The notes under the pieces are model-generated. The model did no database searches, had not been told where the DNA came from, and was given only the letters and a program-made list of their open reading frames with translations. DNA of 64,000 nt from Gnetum montanum (taxonomy: Eukaryota; Plantae; Gnetophyta), in assembly GCA_015680685.1 (NCBI GenBank), contig MNCI01002989.1, positions 393,484 through 457,483 on the forward strand, given 5' to 3'. Made by a program: the position numbers and the translations under genes. Positions 1 through 14,549 of this stretch are shown here, one piece after another; the first letter of the stretch is position 1; each line of letters starts with the position of its first letter.

Positions 1-3000
1 TGGTGGTGAAGCCCTTCGCTACCAAGCTACATCTTTTGGCATTACCCGAAATAACAAGGTTTTGTTTGCCTTTTTATATGCTTTGTTCTCCCTTTTACAT
101 GCTGCTTTGTTGGTAAGAAATGTTAGAATATGAGTATATGCGTTTGGGGTGAACTTTATGGTTGGAGCATTCTGCTTATAACCATAATTGGAGGATGGTA
201 AAAATATAGATTCAGGTTGGTGTCAGATAGACAGGTTATAGAACCTATCGTCCAGGCACGCATGCAAGTTTGATGTGACGAAGTCGGTTTAATTTAGTAC
301 ATGCATTATTTCCTCAGGAACTTAATATTGTTTTGATTGTATGCGTAACACTATTAAATCATAACCATACTGTGATATTACTGTTCTCAGAATATGTATT
401 TTAGTTTTTAAAAATTACAATAGAATTTCTTACTGCCGTTTGGGTTTTCTACTGTGTTCTTTGTTGATATATTTTAAATTTCTGTGTTTACATCAGACAT
501 TAACCAAGTCCACTAACAGACTGAGGGATGCTTTACTTCCTAAAGATGAACCAAAACTGGCACTACCTCTCTTGCTGTTAATAGCACAGCATCGCTCAAT
601 GTCTGTACAAAATTTCAGTGTTCAGTATTTTTTCTTATTATTGTTCTGTAATAGTTATGTTATGACCAAGTTGAAGTTATATCTTCACGTATGTTTCAGT
701 GTTGTTATCAAAGCAACTGGATCACATATAAAGATGGTCAGCGAACAATTTGACCGTTGCCATGGGACACTTCTTCAGTATGTTGAGTTTCTGACCAATG
801 CAGTTACACCTGCCTATGCATACGCAGAGCTTATTCCCACATTAGATGAACTAGTACACAAGTACCATCTTGATCCAGAGGTACGCTACTCTTAACTCTT
901 TTTTCAAAATTAATATTTCTTTGGAAATCCTTGAGTTTGCCTTAGCAATGTTAAGTCTTTTTGGAGTATTTGTATTTTGGCAGTATAAATTTAAACAGTT
1001 CACACATTTGGTTCTCGGAGAATTCTTTCTTCCAGCTCTGAAGTGTATCTGTTTTCAGGATTCTTTAAAAAAAATATTTTGATTCTGTGCTTTAAAAGAG
1101 CATGCTATGGTAAGGGTATAAAACGTTTTTAGGTTTTCAACAATTGTGAGATTGGTTCTAGCTTTGAGATGTGAGAGAAAGAGGTGTCCACTGCAATACC
1201 TTGGACAAATCTTGCATGATGAAGGCAAGTGGATACGAGGTTTTTAATGACCAGTTGACAATTCTTACCTGTGGGTTTTTTCTTATTTGTTTGTGTTGAA
1301 GTTTCGATTACTAACACAAGCCCTTAAGATCGAATTAAATTAAATGAAAAATGCTGGATCGAAGAATATGCTTATATGATACAAAATTATTTTTAGTACA
1401 GAATATGGTTATTTTTCTGTACGTTCACTGATATATGGATTTCGTGTTTCTATCCGTTACTGCATCCTATGAGAAGTCTCTAATGTATCTGTTCTCTAAT
1501 GTATCTGTTACTTTGCTAGATGAACTTTCTTCTTTGAACTAACTATTTTATATCACGGACTCTTATTGAATAATCTGTATTTGATTCTATTTCATTGAAT
1601 TGTATCATTTCTCTGCATCACACCCTTTTGCTTTGATACCTGATCATTGTGTCCGTTCTGTTGTACCCTCTACATCTAGTGCCAAAGATTAATGATCTAG
1701 CTCCCCTTGATCGACGATAACGATTTTGCTTTTATTGATTAACAAAGGTGTTTACTAGTTCAATGGATAAATAGTCCTCTATACTTTGTCTAACCATTAT
1801 ATTATGGATAAACAATTATTCATACTTGAGGATGGGTCGCCACACTAGACAGTTTGTTTGTGCAATTAATCTATAAGATCTTAATAATATTGAACTTGTG
1901 TGACTATTGTATGGAGACTAAACGATTGACGTCCTGCATAATACTTCGCAATTTGGATGTAGGCTTATTTGACGCTCTGCATAATATCTCTATATTTAGG
2001 GGTACGTGAAACTTCAAGATAAGGATTTTAACTGGTCTTTGCTGTAATCCTTGCTCTTGCCAACATATGACATGTTTTCAGTCGTAATCGAACATTTCAG
2101 GCTATCTTCAAAAGAGCTTTTTTCATGATATGCAATGAATAGTATACAAGGAGAAAGCCTTGTTCATCCTTTTGTTTTTTGTTCTTTTCTCTCTTTTTGT
2201 TTTTAAGAAAAACAATCGTCCCAATCATTCATGAGCCCATGGTTCTTTCCTAAACTGAAAAATAGTTCACAAAGTATTTGTGTTTTTTCTTTAACCACTT
2301 TTTTAACAAAGCAAGATGTGAATAAATGTTGCTGTATGCTATACGTTAGTTCACTTTTTAGCATTCTACCCATTACGTGTTTGTACCAATCTTTGCATGA
2401 AGTTTGCTAATGTGAGGCCGGTTTTGTCTTTTATCATATTAACATGTATTTATATGAATATTGCAGGTAGCTTTTCTAATATATCGGCCGGTAATGCGCC
2501 TCTTTAAACCATCTAAAGACTCGGACAAGTCGTGGCCTGCAGACATGCCAAAATCCAGAGCTCAGACAGAAAGCATTAAGGAAAAGAGCCAGTCAGATTT
2601 GCCTGATGAGTTAATTCTTGATATTGGAGTTAACAGAAAACCTATCAAGTAATGAACTACAAATTTGCTTACGTTTCTTTACACTATCTGACAATGCTGG
2701 TGTTTCTTATACTGATAGTTACCTTGACCATTTATTCCACTACAGATGGTCAGAGTTGCTTGCAACAGTTAAGTCAATGTTGCCTACCAAGTCCTGGAAC
2801 AGTCTTTCTCCTGAGCTGTATATAACCTTCTGGGGTCTTACATTGTATGATATTTATGTTCCTCGCAAACGATATGAGTCCGAGATTGCTAAGCAGCAGG
2901 CTGCTCTCAAAGCACTTGAGGAAATTTCTGATACCTCGCATAACGCGGTTGCTAAACGCAAGAAAGACAAAGAAAGGATTCAAGATTTATTGGATAGGCT

Positions 3001-6000
3001 ATCGACTGAGCTTCAGAAACAAGAGCAGAATGTTGCAACTGTTCACCAACGGCTTGTGCTTGAAAAGGACTCTTGGCTGACTTCATGTCCTGACTCCCTA
3101 AAAATCAATATGGAATTCCTACAACGATGCATCTTTCCACGATGTGTTCTAAGCATGACAGATGCTGTTTACTGTGCAAAGTTCGTACACACATTACACT
3201 CTTTAGGCACACCGTTCTTTAACACAGTGAATCATATTGATGTTCTCATTTGCAAAGCATTACCACCGATGATCTGCTGTTGCACTGAATTTGAAGCTGC
3301 AAGACTTGGGAGGTTTCTCTACGAAACATTAAAGATGGCGTACTATTGGAAGGTAATCACTTCCTGTATGGGTTTTTGCATTTTTGTGCACCATTTATGT
3401 AAGTTCTTTGGTTCGTTATTTTTGATCGTGTTTCTCCTTTATTTTCTATTATGCATACATCACTTAAGAACATTTTCAACTGACAATTTTCAGAGTGATG
3501 AGACTATTTATGAAAGAGAATGCGGGAACATGCCTGGGTTTGCAGTTTACTATAGAGATCCAAACAGCCAACGTGTTACATTTGCACAGTATATTAAAGT
3601 ATTATATCTGTGGTTCATATATTCGCCTCGTTGTTTTCTTATTATGGAGTGTCAACTTGATGTGGTTTTCAACTCTTCGCATCCCCAGGTACATTGGAAA
3701 TGGAGTGGAAGGATTACACGGTTACTTATTCAATGCCTGGAGTCGAATGAATATATGGATATTCGTAACGCTCTTATTATTTTAACAAAAATTTCCAACG
3801 TCTTTCCAGTCACAAGAAAATCAGGCATTAACTTAGAAAAAAGGGTACACTTTCACATCTCAATTTTATGTAAAATCTAGAATTTCCAATACTTTTGAAA
3901 CTTATCTTTTGCAACCATTGTTCTTAATTAATGACTGCAGGTTATCAAAATCAAGGCAGATGAAAGAGAGGACCTCAAAGTCCTGGCAACAGGAGTTGCT
4001 GCAGCTTTAGCAGCTCGCAAGGTTGCTTTGCTTTTCTTTTTATAAAAAAAGGGGGGAAAAAAAAGACCTTAACAAGTCCTCTTCTTCCGAGTGCTTTTTA
4101 AAACTATTTTTATTATCATCTTTTGTTCTGGTTGGAATTGAAGTTGGTTGTACATGTGAATTCAGGGTTCTTGGATATCTGAGGAAGAGTTCAATATGGG
4201 GTACATTGAGATAAAGCCTTCAACTTCTCCAGCAAAAGGACTTTCTACTGTTACATCTTCAGTAGCTGCAGCTGGATTCTCTACTGCTACAGTAAATCCT
4301 GCTGATGCTGGGGTTTCGATATCTGATCAAGCAAATCGAAATCCAAAGACATTAACTGCAGATGGTAGGCTTGAACGACCTGAAATTACTAGTGCAAATA
4401 TAAGACCTGAGCAACATGCAGCAAGTAACTCGACTACAGTTAGCTCGCAAGGAACATCTGTGAAGTCAGCTGTTCCTGGATCTTTAAGGAAAGATGATGA
4501 CTCCACAAAGGTCATTGCTTCCCACGGAGCAACAGCCGGGGCTAGACCAGATGAACTTTCCAGCAAGAATGTGTCAAAAACAGCGGCCACAGAATTGGAG
4601 GTATGTTTTTATTCTAACGGTTTTGTGCTTATTCTTATTCTTCACAAAAATTCTAAACTACGGTTTGCACGAACTGGTTGATTGGTTGGGTTTTCTTTTA
4701 AAGTGGTGCAAACTTACTAACATGACTTTTTGACTTTATCTATTCCTAGGACATATAGCCAACACTATACAATAGACAGAATTTAGGTATAATGTAAATA
4801 TGCCTAAGTGTGACTCAAACTAGCAACCTTTTCCTGTGTAATACTTGTCAGACAGCAAGATAACCACTTGATCCTTTAATTGATGACCCTTTTATTTGAT
4901 TCATTGCCTTTAGTGTTACCATTAAGGGTTGGAATGCCTGCAGCTATTTTTAACCTTCTTTTAAAAAAAATGATAGTTATCTCCCTTATTTTATCTTGAT
5001 TATTAAGAGCCCTGGTAATTAATGAGAGTTTGGCACGTATGCTGAGCGGTGTGCTTATTCAGTATTGTTTGGTCAGCGAAATCAAGCAAATGTGTAATAA
5101 AGGAAACCGTGGATCTGATTTGTTAGAGTGAGGCATCTTGATTTTGGTTGGCATGGCTCAGCTAAGTTGGTTGCTTGGCATAGATTTGCTAGACTAATTA
5201 AACGGCATGCCTATGCAAGGGAACATTTGGTCTCTTTAGAGTCATCCCTTTAAGTTTTATACTTAATAGTAGGTGTGTCGTAGTTCGTGAAGCCTGTAGC
5301 GAACCTCTGCTCCATTGGAATTGCTGCAACATGAAGGTCAGTCCCAACCCTTCTAAACATATCCCGAATTTATGCTTGTTCTTAAGCTATTTCTTTTAGA
5401 AAATTACAGAGCATATTATATTGGCTGATTAGGGTGTGAATTTCATTGTTAGCTATAGACGAAACGTTACAGGGATCTTGATCTTGGTCGTTTCGATACC
5501 TTGGTTTATTACATGTGAATTTTTTTACGGCATGTTCAATATGAACAATTCGGTATGTTAGCTTGAAAACTTTGTTAAAGAGCTAGGATAAATGTTGGTC
5601 TTCTAAGTTCTTGTTTTAAAATTTAATTACTTGGTTGAAACTTCGAGGTAGCAATACTTTGAAACTATATGTTAGCACATTTCTGAGCTGTTTATCATGC
5701 GAGTGATTAATGAAAAGGCTGTCACTAGTTTTAAAAAGTAATATTCTTGTTACTGATTTTACTCATCGTTATTCTTCAGTCGCGATCTCAGGTTAGACGT
5801 ACAGGACAGGCATCTACTGCAAGACAATCAAAATTAGATTCAGAATCGAAAGCAGGAAAGACCTTAGGGCGATCAACGCTTGGAGTATCTGCTAATGACA
5901 AAGAGGCTAGACAGAGTGCAGCTGTGACTTTGAACAACGGAGCCTCGGTACCTGCCTTCGCGACAGGTAAATCTCTAACGAATTCAATGACAAATTTGCA

Positions 6001-7740
6001 AGATTCACTAGCAGCCTCTGACATAGACAAAGTTTACCAGAGTTTAAGGGATCAAGAGACCATGATGCTGATGGAGATGAAACTCAGGAGAGAGCTTCTG
6101 GAATGAGTGGCCGCCTAGCGAAGTCACCGCATCGGGAAGGTTCTGTATCAAGATCAGCAGATGATACACTCAAAGAAAAGCCTCAGAAAAGAGTGAATGC
6201 AAATGATGAGGTTGAAAGAGTAAACAAGCGAAGAAAGGTCGATACGGAAGACAAAGCTGATCATTCAGAGATTCGAACACAGCATGAAAAGACAGCGATT
6301 GATGAGCACAACATTGATAAAGTGGCGGATAAAATTTTGGATAGGAATAAAGACAGGGCTGGAGATAGAGCTGACCGAGATTACAAGAATGAAAAATCAG
6401 AACGCTCTGAAAGGTGCCTCAGCGTCGAGCATCTTGGTGAAAGGACAAGAGACAGGTCATTGGAAAGGCTCAGAGAAAAGTCTGCTGATAGGGTTCAAGA
6501 TAGAGTTTCTGACAGGGTAAAAGACGAAAAAATTAAAGAGGATCGCACTAGACCTCGTTATAATGAATCTTCAATAGAAAAACCTCATCCTGATGATCGT
6601 TTTCCAATGCAGAATCTTCCCCCACAGAGTTTGCCGCCCCCACCACCTCTGCCACCACATATGGTTCCTCAGTCACTTCCTGTTGGAAGAAGAGAAGATG
6701 ATGCTGATCGTCGAGGTACTGCTAATAGGAATATTCAAAGGGCATCTCCTCGTCGCGAAGAGAAGCCAGAAAAGAGAAGATCAGAAGAAGTCAGTATTAC
6801 AGGCGTGGATGATGCAAAGAGGAGGAGAGAAGAGGAATACAGGAAACGTGAAGAAAGAGAGAGTTTACCTGTCAAGGTACGTCCTTTTAAATATTTGTTT
6901 TTGTCTATAGCATTTGTAGCTCATATGAGATTGTCAAAGGATACAGACACCATTACAAAATTGTGATGTTATTCATCTGCGACCGCTGTCTGACTTGTTT
7001 TCGACTCACTTTCAACAGACTTAAGAAGGGTTTCTTGCGTCCCTAAATGAGATTGCAAAATTGGAATGTCATGTCTTGTGTGTCCGTAGTTGAGCTTAAC
7101 TATAGATATGTTTCCATTATTTTAATCTCATTTCATGACTTGTTTGAAAATTCTGTAATTTGTTTTAAGTAAATTCTCTCATTGTTACTGATATGAGTTT
7201 TTCCGGGCAAACTCCATTTTACAGAATGAGAAGGACCGGGATAAAAGTTTCCTTAAAGAAGAACTAGATGTAGGTCAAGCTTCAAAAAGGCGCAGAATTA
7301 AACGGGATCATCTACCAGAGGCACCGGGAAATTATGGACCATCTCCTCCACAAGTGCCGTCAATGCCTGCCTCAATGCCTCAGCCTTTCGATGTTCGAGA
7401 AAGGGAAAGGAAAGAACCCTTGCTACAGAGGGGAATTTACCAAGAAGAAGGAGGTTATGAAAAACCCTCTAGGGGGGTACACAAAGAGGCTGGAAAAGTT
7501 GCCAGAAGAGATCATGAACTGTATCCTTGAAATTGTTAATAGCTATGTTTTTGTTTCAGTCTACTATTTCGTGCAGTTCTACCTTATATTTCAAACTTTT
7601 CAAATAATTTTGTTGTTTCTATTTATTCTTGTATTAGGAATTTGCATCTTTAACACTATGTACTCAGACCTTACAATCGTGAATGGGAAGATGAAAAACG
7701 GCAGAGAAATGATCCAAAACGCAGACATCATCGTAAGTAG
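1..7740 (+). CDS. THO2: THO complex subunit 2, 3' part. Exons <1-58, 497-600, 700-880, 2467-2648, 2746-3352, 3494-3598, 3689-3844, 3941-4021, 4166-4600, 5780-5966, 6041-6876, 7225-7520, 7668-7740 (TAG)
   Basis: Spliced translation gives plant THO2 motifs: LRYQATSFGITRNNK, STNRLRDALLPKDEPKLALPLLLLIAQHRS, EQFDRCHGTLLQYVEFL, INMEFLQRCIFPRC, EDLKVLATGVAAALAARK, and a charged C-terminus ending PKRRHHRK*. All introns are GT..AG with compatible phases. Confidence 0.95.
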
Positions 7741-8647
7741 AATGTTTCAGAAATTTTTTGCTGGTTCTATAACAGCGTAGCCAGAGTTAAAACAGCAGAG
7801 AAATCATCCACAATACAAAACATTCTGAAATGCTTCCTGAATTTGTTTTTGGATTGTGTTGCAACTCGAATGTTTATTTATACTACCTTGTTCCCTCATC
7901 AAGATTGATGGCATAGTAATTGTTGTACAAATTTTGTTGCGATGTAAATTTATTTTACATGCCAGAAATGCACGCCGCCTGATTACTCTTTAACATGTAA
8001 GCTCTAGCTGCTTACCGAATTAAACAGATTGTAATGGTTGATACTCTTGCATTGAAGAAAATTTTGGTGATTTCTTCAAAGAGACAATTTGATTTATAAT
8101 CATTATGCTTTCATCTAACCTTATGAATCATATTGCAAGTAGTAAATACTGGCATTCAGATCGATTAGACTAGTTTTGGTAGGAGTGACTTGCAAGCAAA
8201 GAAGGTTGATTCCCTGTTGCTTCTGTACTGCTTTTTGCATTAAATGTGAACTTCAGGGGATGGTTGAGGCGTATGCCATTCCTCACCGTACACAACGTCC
8301 ACCTGGAGTGGGAATTCAATTATCACATTACATTTTTGACATCAAATTATATTTTACAATTTTAAAACAAAGATTTCGTCGTGTAAATTAACATTTTTTA
8401 TTTGTTGTTTGCTTGCAGCGGTAACTGGTAACTCATCCAGCCAGGTGCATATTTTGTATTTCTTTAATGTTGTTAGAGGTATATGGTTTTGGAGAAGAAA
8501 AATTAAAACCAAAACCTTAACAGAGCCCAATGTTGCAAGATGACCCCCGAGTCACCTGCAACAAGACATAAGACATAAGCTTATCGCACCCCCTGGGACG
8601 ACAGCTTTAAAAAGGAGACCAATACAACTAACTCAAAGAGAAACCAT

Positions 8648-11600
8648 TTAGAAAAAGGTAATATTATTGATAAAGCCTAGTTCTCGACATTGAAGTTGAA
8701 CAATACTAGCAATATAGCATTTCATACCGTAGTCAAATTCATTGTAGTTTGTGTTTTGATACAAAGCATCTAGGCGACATTTCCAAATAAAGATAATCTC
8801 AAATAAGAGGATTTTCCAGGCTTTTTGAAGGTGACGCTTAACACAATCATCTTGAAAGATACATTGAGGAAAACCAATAGAATGGTTAGGAAGGAAGACT
8901 TGGAGAGATTGACACTATATCCAAATACGTTGAGAGAATGAGCAATCCCAAAAGACATGTTGAAAAGAGTCATTTGTTTTACAAATGGGGAAATGAAGCC
9001 TATTTCCGATGGGAAGACCTTGATGAACCAAGGACCGAAAAAAGAAACGGTGATTAGGTTGGGCCTTGGAAGTCCAAATCCGATGAAAAATAGTTTTCCA
9101 CTGGTGGTCTTCAAAATGTAAACTCCAACGTCTATTTAGAGTGGAGAATTGAAAATCTTGCGCATGAAACCAAAATTTGGCTTTAGAGATGCGTAAAGAG
9201 CGAAGAGGGGAATTGTCAGGCCAAAACTAATCATCATACCAAGGAGTATTAGTATGCAACTTATGCACAACAAAGTTGGAGAGAACTTGCTCAATGTGTT
9301 GGTAAATGATAATATCGTCTTTGTAACCCCCATTTTACTTTCGCATGTGTCCAAGAGAGGGTAGGAGAATCATTTCTAACAATATATAATTGATCAATAT
9401 GGTGGAGATTGTGGTTAGCAAAACGATTGGCTCTATGAGAGAATTCATCATAAAGACAACCTACATTTTTTTTAAGAATAGGGGACCACTAGATCGAGTG
9501 TGTCGATAGAGAGTGCAAGCTTATCTGGGAAGGTTTCCATTGCAACAAACCTCTAAGTTGGCTCCAACATTGCCAAATTTGCTTAAACAAGAAAGAACCG
9601 TTGATCTTCTGAGATCCTTCACTAATGATCCAATTGCTCCAATGAGTATTTTGCCATCTATGGTGAATACCAAGACAAGAGATGTTATGCCTAAAAAGAA
9701 AGCTTCATCTCCTTCAATACACCGAGTGGTGCTCAATAGAGGCAAGGCTTAAGCCCCTGTGTTCTTTACTTAAAGTGCAAGTATCCCAAGCTACTCGATG
9801 AAAAGCTTTGTGATCATCCTTATCCCCCCAAAGGAAATTCCTAAGAATGTTGTTAATGCATTGAAAGGAAGATTTGGAAGGAGCCATAAAGGAAGAGTAA
9901 TAGACATGAGTGGAGCTCAAAATATGATTAACTACGATAAATCTACCTGCAAAAGATAAGGGTTTAGTAAGCCCATTTCAAAGCTTTATGTTTCACCTTT
10001 TCCACCACATTGTTCCATATGGTAGTGGGAGTAGCAAATAAAGCAATAGGGATGCCTAAGAGGGTGAAAATATCAGTAGGAGATAGCCACTTGATATCAA
10101 AATGATAAGTCCAAGGAGGCCTAGGAGAGAAGCTAGATCAGATGGCTTGCGTTTTGTTCCAATTGATCTTAGCTCTTGATGCTCTACAATAGATATCTAT
10201 GCAATGCAAGGTAGTGTTCAAATTATTATGGTCCTCAATCAAAGTGAGAAAAGTATCATCTGCAAACTGGTTGTAAACAAGATCCTTTCCTTGTTGTGGA
10301 AGAGAGATACCTCTTAGCCTCATAGATTCATTATGAGATCTAAGAATAGCTCCAAGAGCATCAGTAGCTAGGATGAAAAGATAAGGGGCTAAAGGGCACC
10401 CCTATCAGACTAATTTTTGAAGCTCAATGACCTTAGAGAAGGTTCTATTAATGCAAATGACTGAAGAGACCTCTGACAAAACAAATGGCTCTATATGTTT
10501 CTTAAAAACATTACCTAAGTTATGGTGTTTGACTATACTTTTTAAAAAGGACCAATCAAGCATGTCGTAAGCTTTAGCAAAATCAAGCTTAAGAAGAATG
10601 GCGTTTTGATTAGTGGAAGAAGCCTAGTGCAAGCCCTGAATAGCAGTAACAACGTTGTCTAAAATATACTTGCCTTGAACAAAACCAGTTTGCTCTTTGC
10701 TTATAAGATGAGGAAGAAAGGGTTTAAGTTTATTAGCTATAGCTTTGGCAACTATTTTATAAATAACATTTAAAAGAGTGATAGGGCGCCAATTACTTAT
10801 GCTCATACGATCTCTTGACTTGGGGAGAAGCTTGATAATACCAGCATTAATCTGCTTACCAAAGGATCTTTCCCTAAGAGCTTCCTTATACACACTATAA
10901 ACAATGTCTTGAAGAGTAGGTCAGAATTTCTTAAAAAATTCTGTGGGAAGGTCATCCATACCAGAGGCTTTACCATCGTGGAGTTGTTGAAGAGCATTAC
11001 CAAGATCCTATTAGGAAAGAAGAGAAGCATCACCAAAGATGGAGCAATTAAAAGGAGTAATAGCTCCTAAGCAAGTATTAATTGCAGTGGGGTCAATCGC
11101 CTCTTTTCGAAAAGTTCGAGAGTAGAACTCAAAGAAGGCCTATAAAATGTCATCTTTGGAGGTGAAGATATTATCTTCGACTTGAATAGCTAGAATTTTA
11201 TGGGACAGGTTCCCCCCTTTGAGGAGAAGAAAAAAGCCATTAGTAGCTTGGTCACCCATGCAGAGCCAAGAGAGACGAGCACAAAGGTGAGCACCTCTAG
11301 CTTCATAGTGATCCATTATACGTAGGTTCTCCTTGACAAGTTTCAAACGACTAAAGTGAGCCTTAGTAGCTTCATCTTTAGTAATGGTATTTTGAAGTAA
11401 GGAGATTTCCTTATGAAGGTTGGACTTGTGAGAACTTAGTTGTGAAGTCACCAATTTACCCGCATGTTTGGAAAACCGTTGGAGGCAGGTACAAGCATTA
11501 GTTCACAAATCAATCCAACCATCTTCACCAAGGGGTTTAGGATGCAAATTCCATATTTGCATCAATAGAGAGCAAAGGGAGTTACTATGAAGAAAGGTAG

Positions 11601-12386
11601 TGTTAAAAATATAAAGATCGTTAGAAGAGTAGGAGTTACCAGAGTGGGAAAGAGACCAATGAATAGGATAATGATCTAACAAAACCTGGGTATAATATGC
11701 TTGGACAGGGGCACCGTTGGTAGAAGTAAAATGAATAAGAGGATTCTTAGATAGATAAACCTGATCCAACTGAGAAGAGATGTAGGAAGCACCATGTCTA
11801 GCGTTACTCCAAGTAAACCAGTTAGAAGTACTAGAAGATGAGTAGTTTTCATTAGCTTCTTTCAACTTTAATTGATGTTTCAATGAGAGCCACTCAGAAA
11901 GCTCCCTGTTATCTAAACCACCTCTTTGCCCTCCAAATTTATCCTTTGGATGCTCAGTCATGTTGAAGTCCCCTGCAATAATCCACTTAACTTTGGGTAA
12001 GTTGTGCTTGAGCCAATTCCACAAGAGCTTCTAATTAGTTGAGTGACAAGGAGCATAAATGGAGACAATCCCTAAGATTTCATTAGCGTACCATAATCGA
12101 ACCCAACTACAATGCCCTAAATTATCATAACCGTGATCAAGAATAGACTCCTGCCACTTATTATGGAGAAAAATTATAGCCCCCCACCTTTGCCATGTTC
12201 ATGGTGAGTAGAAACATAAGAACTATTGGGAAAAATGCTCTGGCAGCAGATTTGAAGATTGAATCCTTGGATTTTAACTTCTTGAAGACAAACAACGTCA
12301 AAGGTATGTCTCCGAATATAATCTCGAACTATATATCTTCTAAGAGGGTTTGAGAGGCCCCTAACATTCCATGAACAACACTTCAT
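8648..12386 (-). pseudogene. LINE ORF2 (endonuclease plus reverse transcriptase), multiple stops and frameshifts
   Basis: MKCCSWNVRGL, VCLQEVK, WIIAGDFN, FTWSN, DHYPI (APE); NWRPITLLNVIYKIVAK, EQTGFVQGKYILDN, QFADD (RT); FLWG..HRVAW; FIWKCR near the end. Confidence 0.9.
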
Positions 12387-13564
12387 TGGGTTTGTGTAGA
12401 AGAAGGAGGATCCTCCTCAACCACCAAGGCCTTAAAAGAATTCCTAGATTCAAAGTTGTTAACTAGAGGACGTCGAGCACTTGTTCTTTTGTTAATGGAC
12501 TGGCTAGCACCAGTCGAGGATCGATGCCCTTTAGGGAAAGCACTAAAGATAGGGTTATCTCATGTGACTGAGGCATAAGATTTTCGGGTAACACGCTTCC
12601 AACCACTAGTAGCTTCTTTTGGGGCCCCTTCTTGGTTAAGAGGAATCTTAGTGGCATCAGTATCCTCGATTTTCATATCTTCTACATCGGACACCTTAGA
12701 ATCCGAAGAAGGAGGTTTAGTTGAGTGAACCTCGACAGTATCCTTGCTTATGTCCTGAGATATGTTTTGATTTTTTAGTTCTTCACTAACTTGTTCTGCT
12801 AAAATTCGCTCGGCTTCAAGCTTAGCCAGTAACTTTGGACATTAAGCTTTACGGTGGTTCGAATCGAGACAGTAGTAACAACGGTTAGGAAGTGTAAGAT
12901 ATGAAATTTTTTAAACAAAAGTCTTTCCTTTCACATTAACTTCTAGTGAATCAAGATGCGGCTTTTGCATATCTATTTTAACCCACACTCTTCGAGTTGG
13001 TCGTGGATGGAAACCTGAAAAGGCCTCCATACCTATGACTTCCCCAACTTGTGTAGCAAGGATATCAACATGGGGAGAAAAATGGGGAGGGAGTCTTGGA
13101 AATTCAATCCAGACCGGTAAAATACTTTTGCTTACTTTTTCAGGATCGAAATCTTCCTTCCAGGGTTGAAGAACTAAAAAGGATCCATAAATATCCCAAA
13201 TTGACTGTTGTTTCATGAACTTTGCCATAGCCTTAGTTTCAAAAGTGAACAGAAAAAACCTTTTCGTAAGATTGGAAGCTAGGGTTATTCTGATATTACG
13301 GGGTTCCCAAAATTTTTTAACCCAATCCTGGAACATCGAGGCAGGAGGAATCCTACCAGTGAAGAAGCCAATCGTGTAAAGGTCAGTAAAGGTTTGTATG
13401 GTTTGGTCAAAGATGTCTTCAGGGAAATTAAAACGTAAAATAGTATCATTAGCATCCATGTTGGTGGAGCTGTCAGTAGGCTGTGAGTCAATGTTGAAGG
13501 ATTCCATTATTTTACATTTTTTTCCTGCAACATCAAAGCAAGAAGACAAAATAGATTGGGTCAT
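12383..13564 (-). pseudogene. LINE ORF1 (DUF4283-like domain plus CX2CX4HX4C knuckle), with internal stops
   Basis: FFLFTFET..W..YGSFLVLQPWKEDFDP..PVWIEFPRLP; near 12840-12885 RCYYCLDSNHRKA*C; the likely ORF1 stop overlaps the ORF2 start (ATGA). Confidence 0.85.
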
Positions 13565-14382
13565 ATAGACCCGTTGGGCCTAAGCCTAGCCAATTTAGAA
13601 AATCAAAATAGAGAAAATATTAAAAAAAGAAACAAAACACAAAGGAACAAACTCACCGGGTACTTATTAACGGATGATGCAGGCTCTGTAGAAGGCAAAG
13701 GGTTCTACATGCAATCCTGCAAAACCTGTTCAAGTGCTTGCTGGTTTGGGGCCCAAAATGCTTCAACACTGTTGCAATTAGACCAAAACAAGTCTGTCAC
13801 CATCGCCCCACAAAAACCCTATGCCTCTGATCAGGTTAGCCTGCGCTCCAAGACTGGCCAGCACAAGGCGCTGTTTCCAGAGGTCTTCATTTACACGCCT
13901 GCATTCCCACAGGGAGCGTGCCGAGTGCAACGCACATTTGCTTGCCTCATTGTATATGTGACAAGGTACTTTGGTTACTTCCTATGGGAATTCGGGCACA
14001 ACGTCGACCTCTACTACTTACTTAGGGTCCCACTTGAGGCGAGAGGCTGTCAACTGCACACAGAAAAACATTAGTCATAGTAACATAGCGAAACTGCAAC
14101 AATATAGGAAGCCTAGCGTAGCAACTTTAACTTACCCACTTCCGAGTTGATATGCTTCAAACGGTTGATCATGTTGTCGATCACCCCCTCCATGAAACTG
14201 AATTTGTTGGGGGTCTCAGTCCACGGTCGCAGGCGGATCAAAGAAGGACCAGAAGTATCAACAGTGGTATCTGCTATAAGGTAAAACATGTTAGCTACGG
14301 TGGAGAGAACCATGATAAAGCTGATGAACAACGTAAATTATAGTGTAAAGCTCCTACCTAGTAAACCCTCAGGGGTGATAGC

Positions 14383-14409
14383 GGGGNGGGGGGGGGGGGG
14401 GGGGGGGGG
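14383..14409. other. Poly-G tract containing an N (assembly join)
   Basis: ggggnggg... in sequence. Confidence 0.85.
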
Positions 14410-14549
14410 ATCGTCCATCGATACACTGTCAAAGAAGCAGTTAAACTTACCAGCATCAAAATGGAGCCCTTCTTCTAGCTAACCTAGCAGCATAGCAGCA
14501 TCCTCAATACTCATATGCCCCTTTGGTACTGAACTAGACTCGGCAAAAG

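Larger units (their letters stand above)
8520..13610 (-). mobile_element. L1-clade LINE retrotransposon, near full length, decayed; ends approximate
   Basis: ORF1 (DUF4283-like plus zinc knuckle) followed by ORF2 (APE endonuclease, RT, C-terminal IWKCR). No clear poly(A) or TSD seen. Confidence 0.9.

Noticed and set aside
1476-1510. 16-bp direct duplication in a THO2 intron
   Set aside because: Ordinary slippage duplication with no further structure.
13556-14074. 172-aa plus-strand ORF
   Set aside because: Antisense shadow of a minus-strand exon and the LINE 5' end; no recognisable motif.
14288-14482. Poly-Gly ORF or G-quadruplex
   Set aside because: Homopolymer with an N, length unreliable; lies in a predicted intron of the minus-strand gene.
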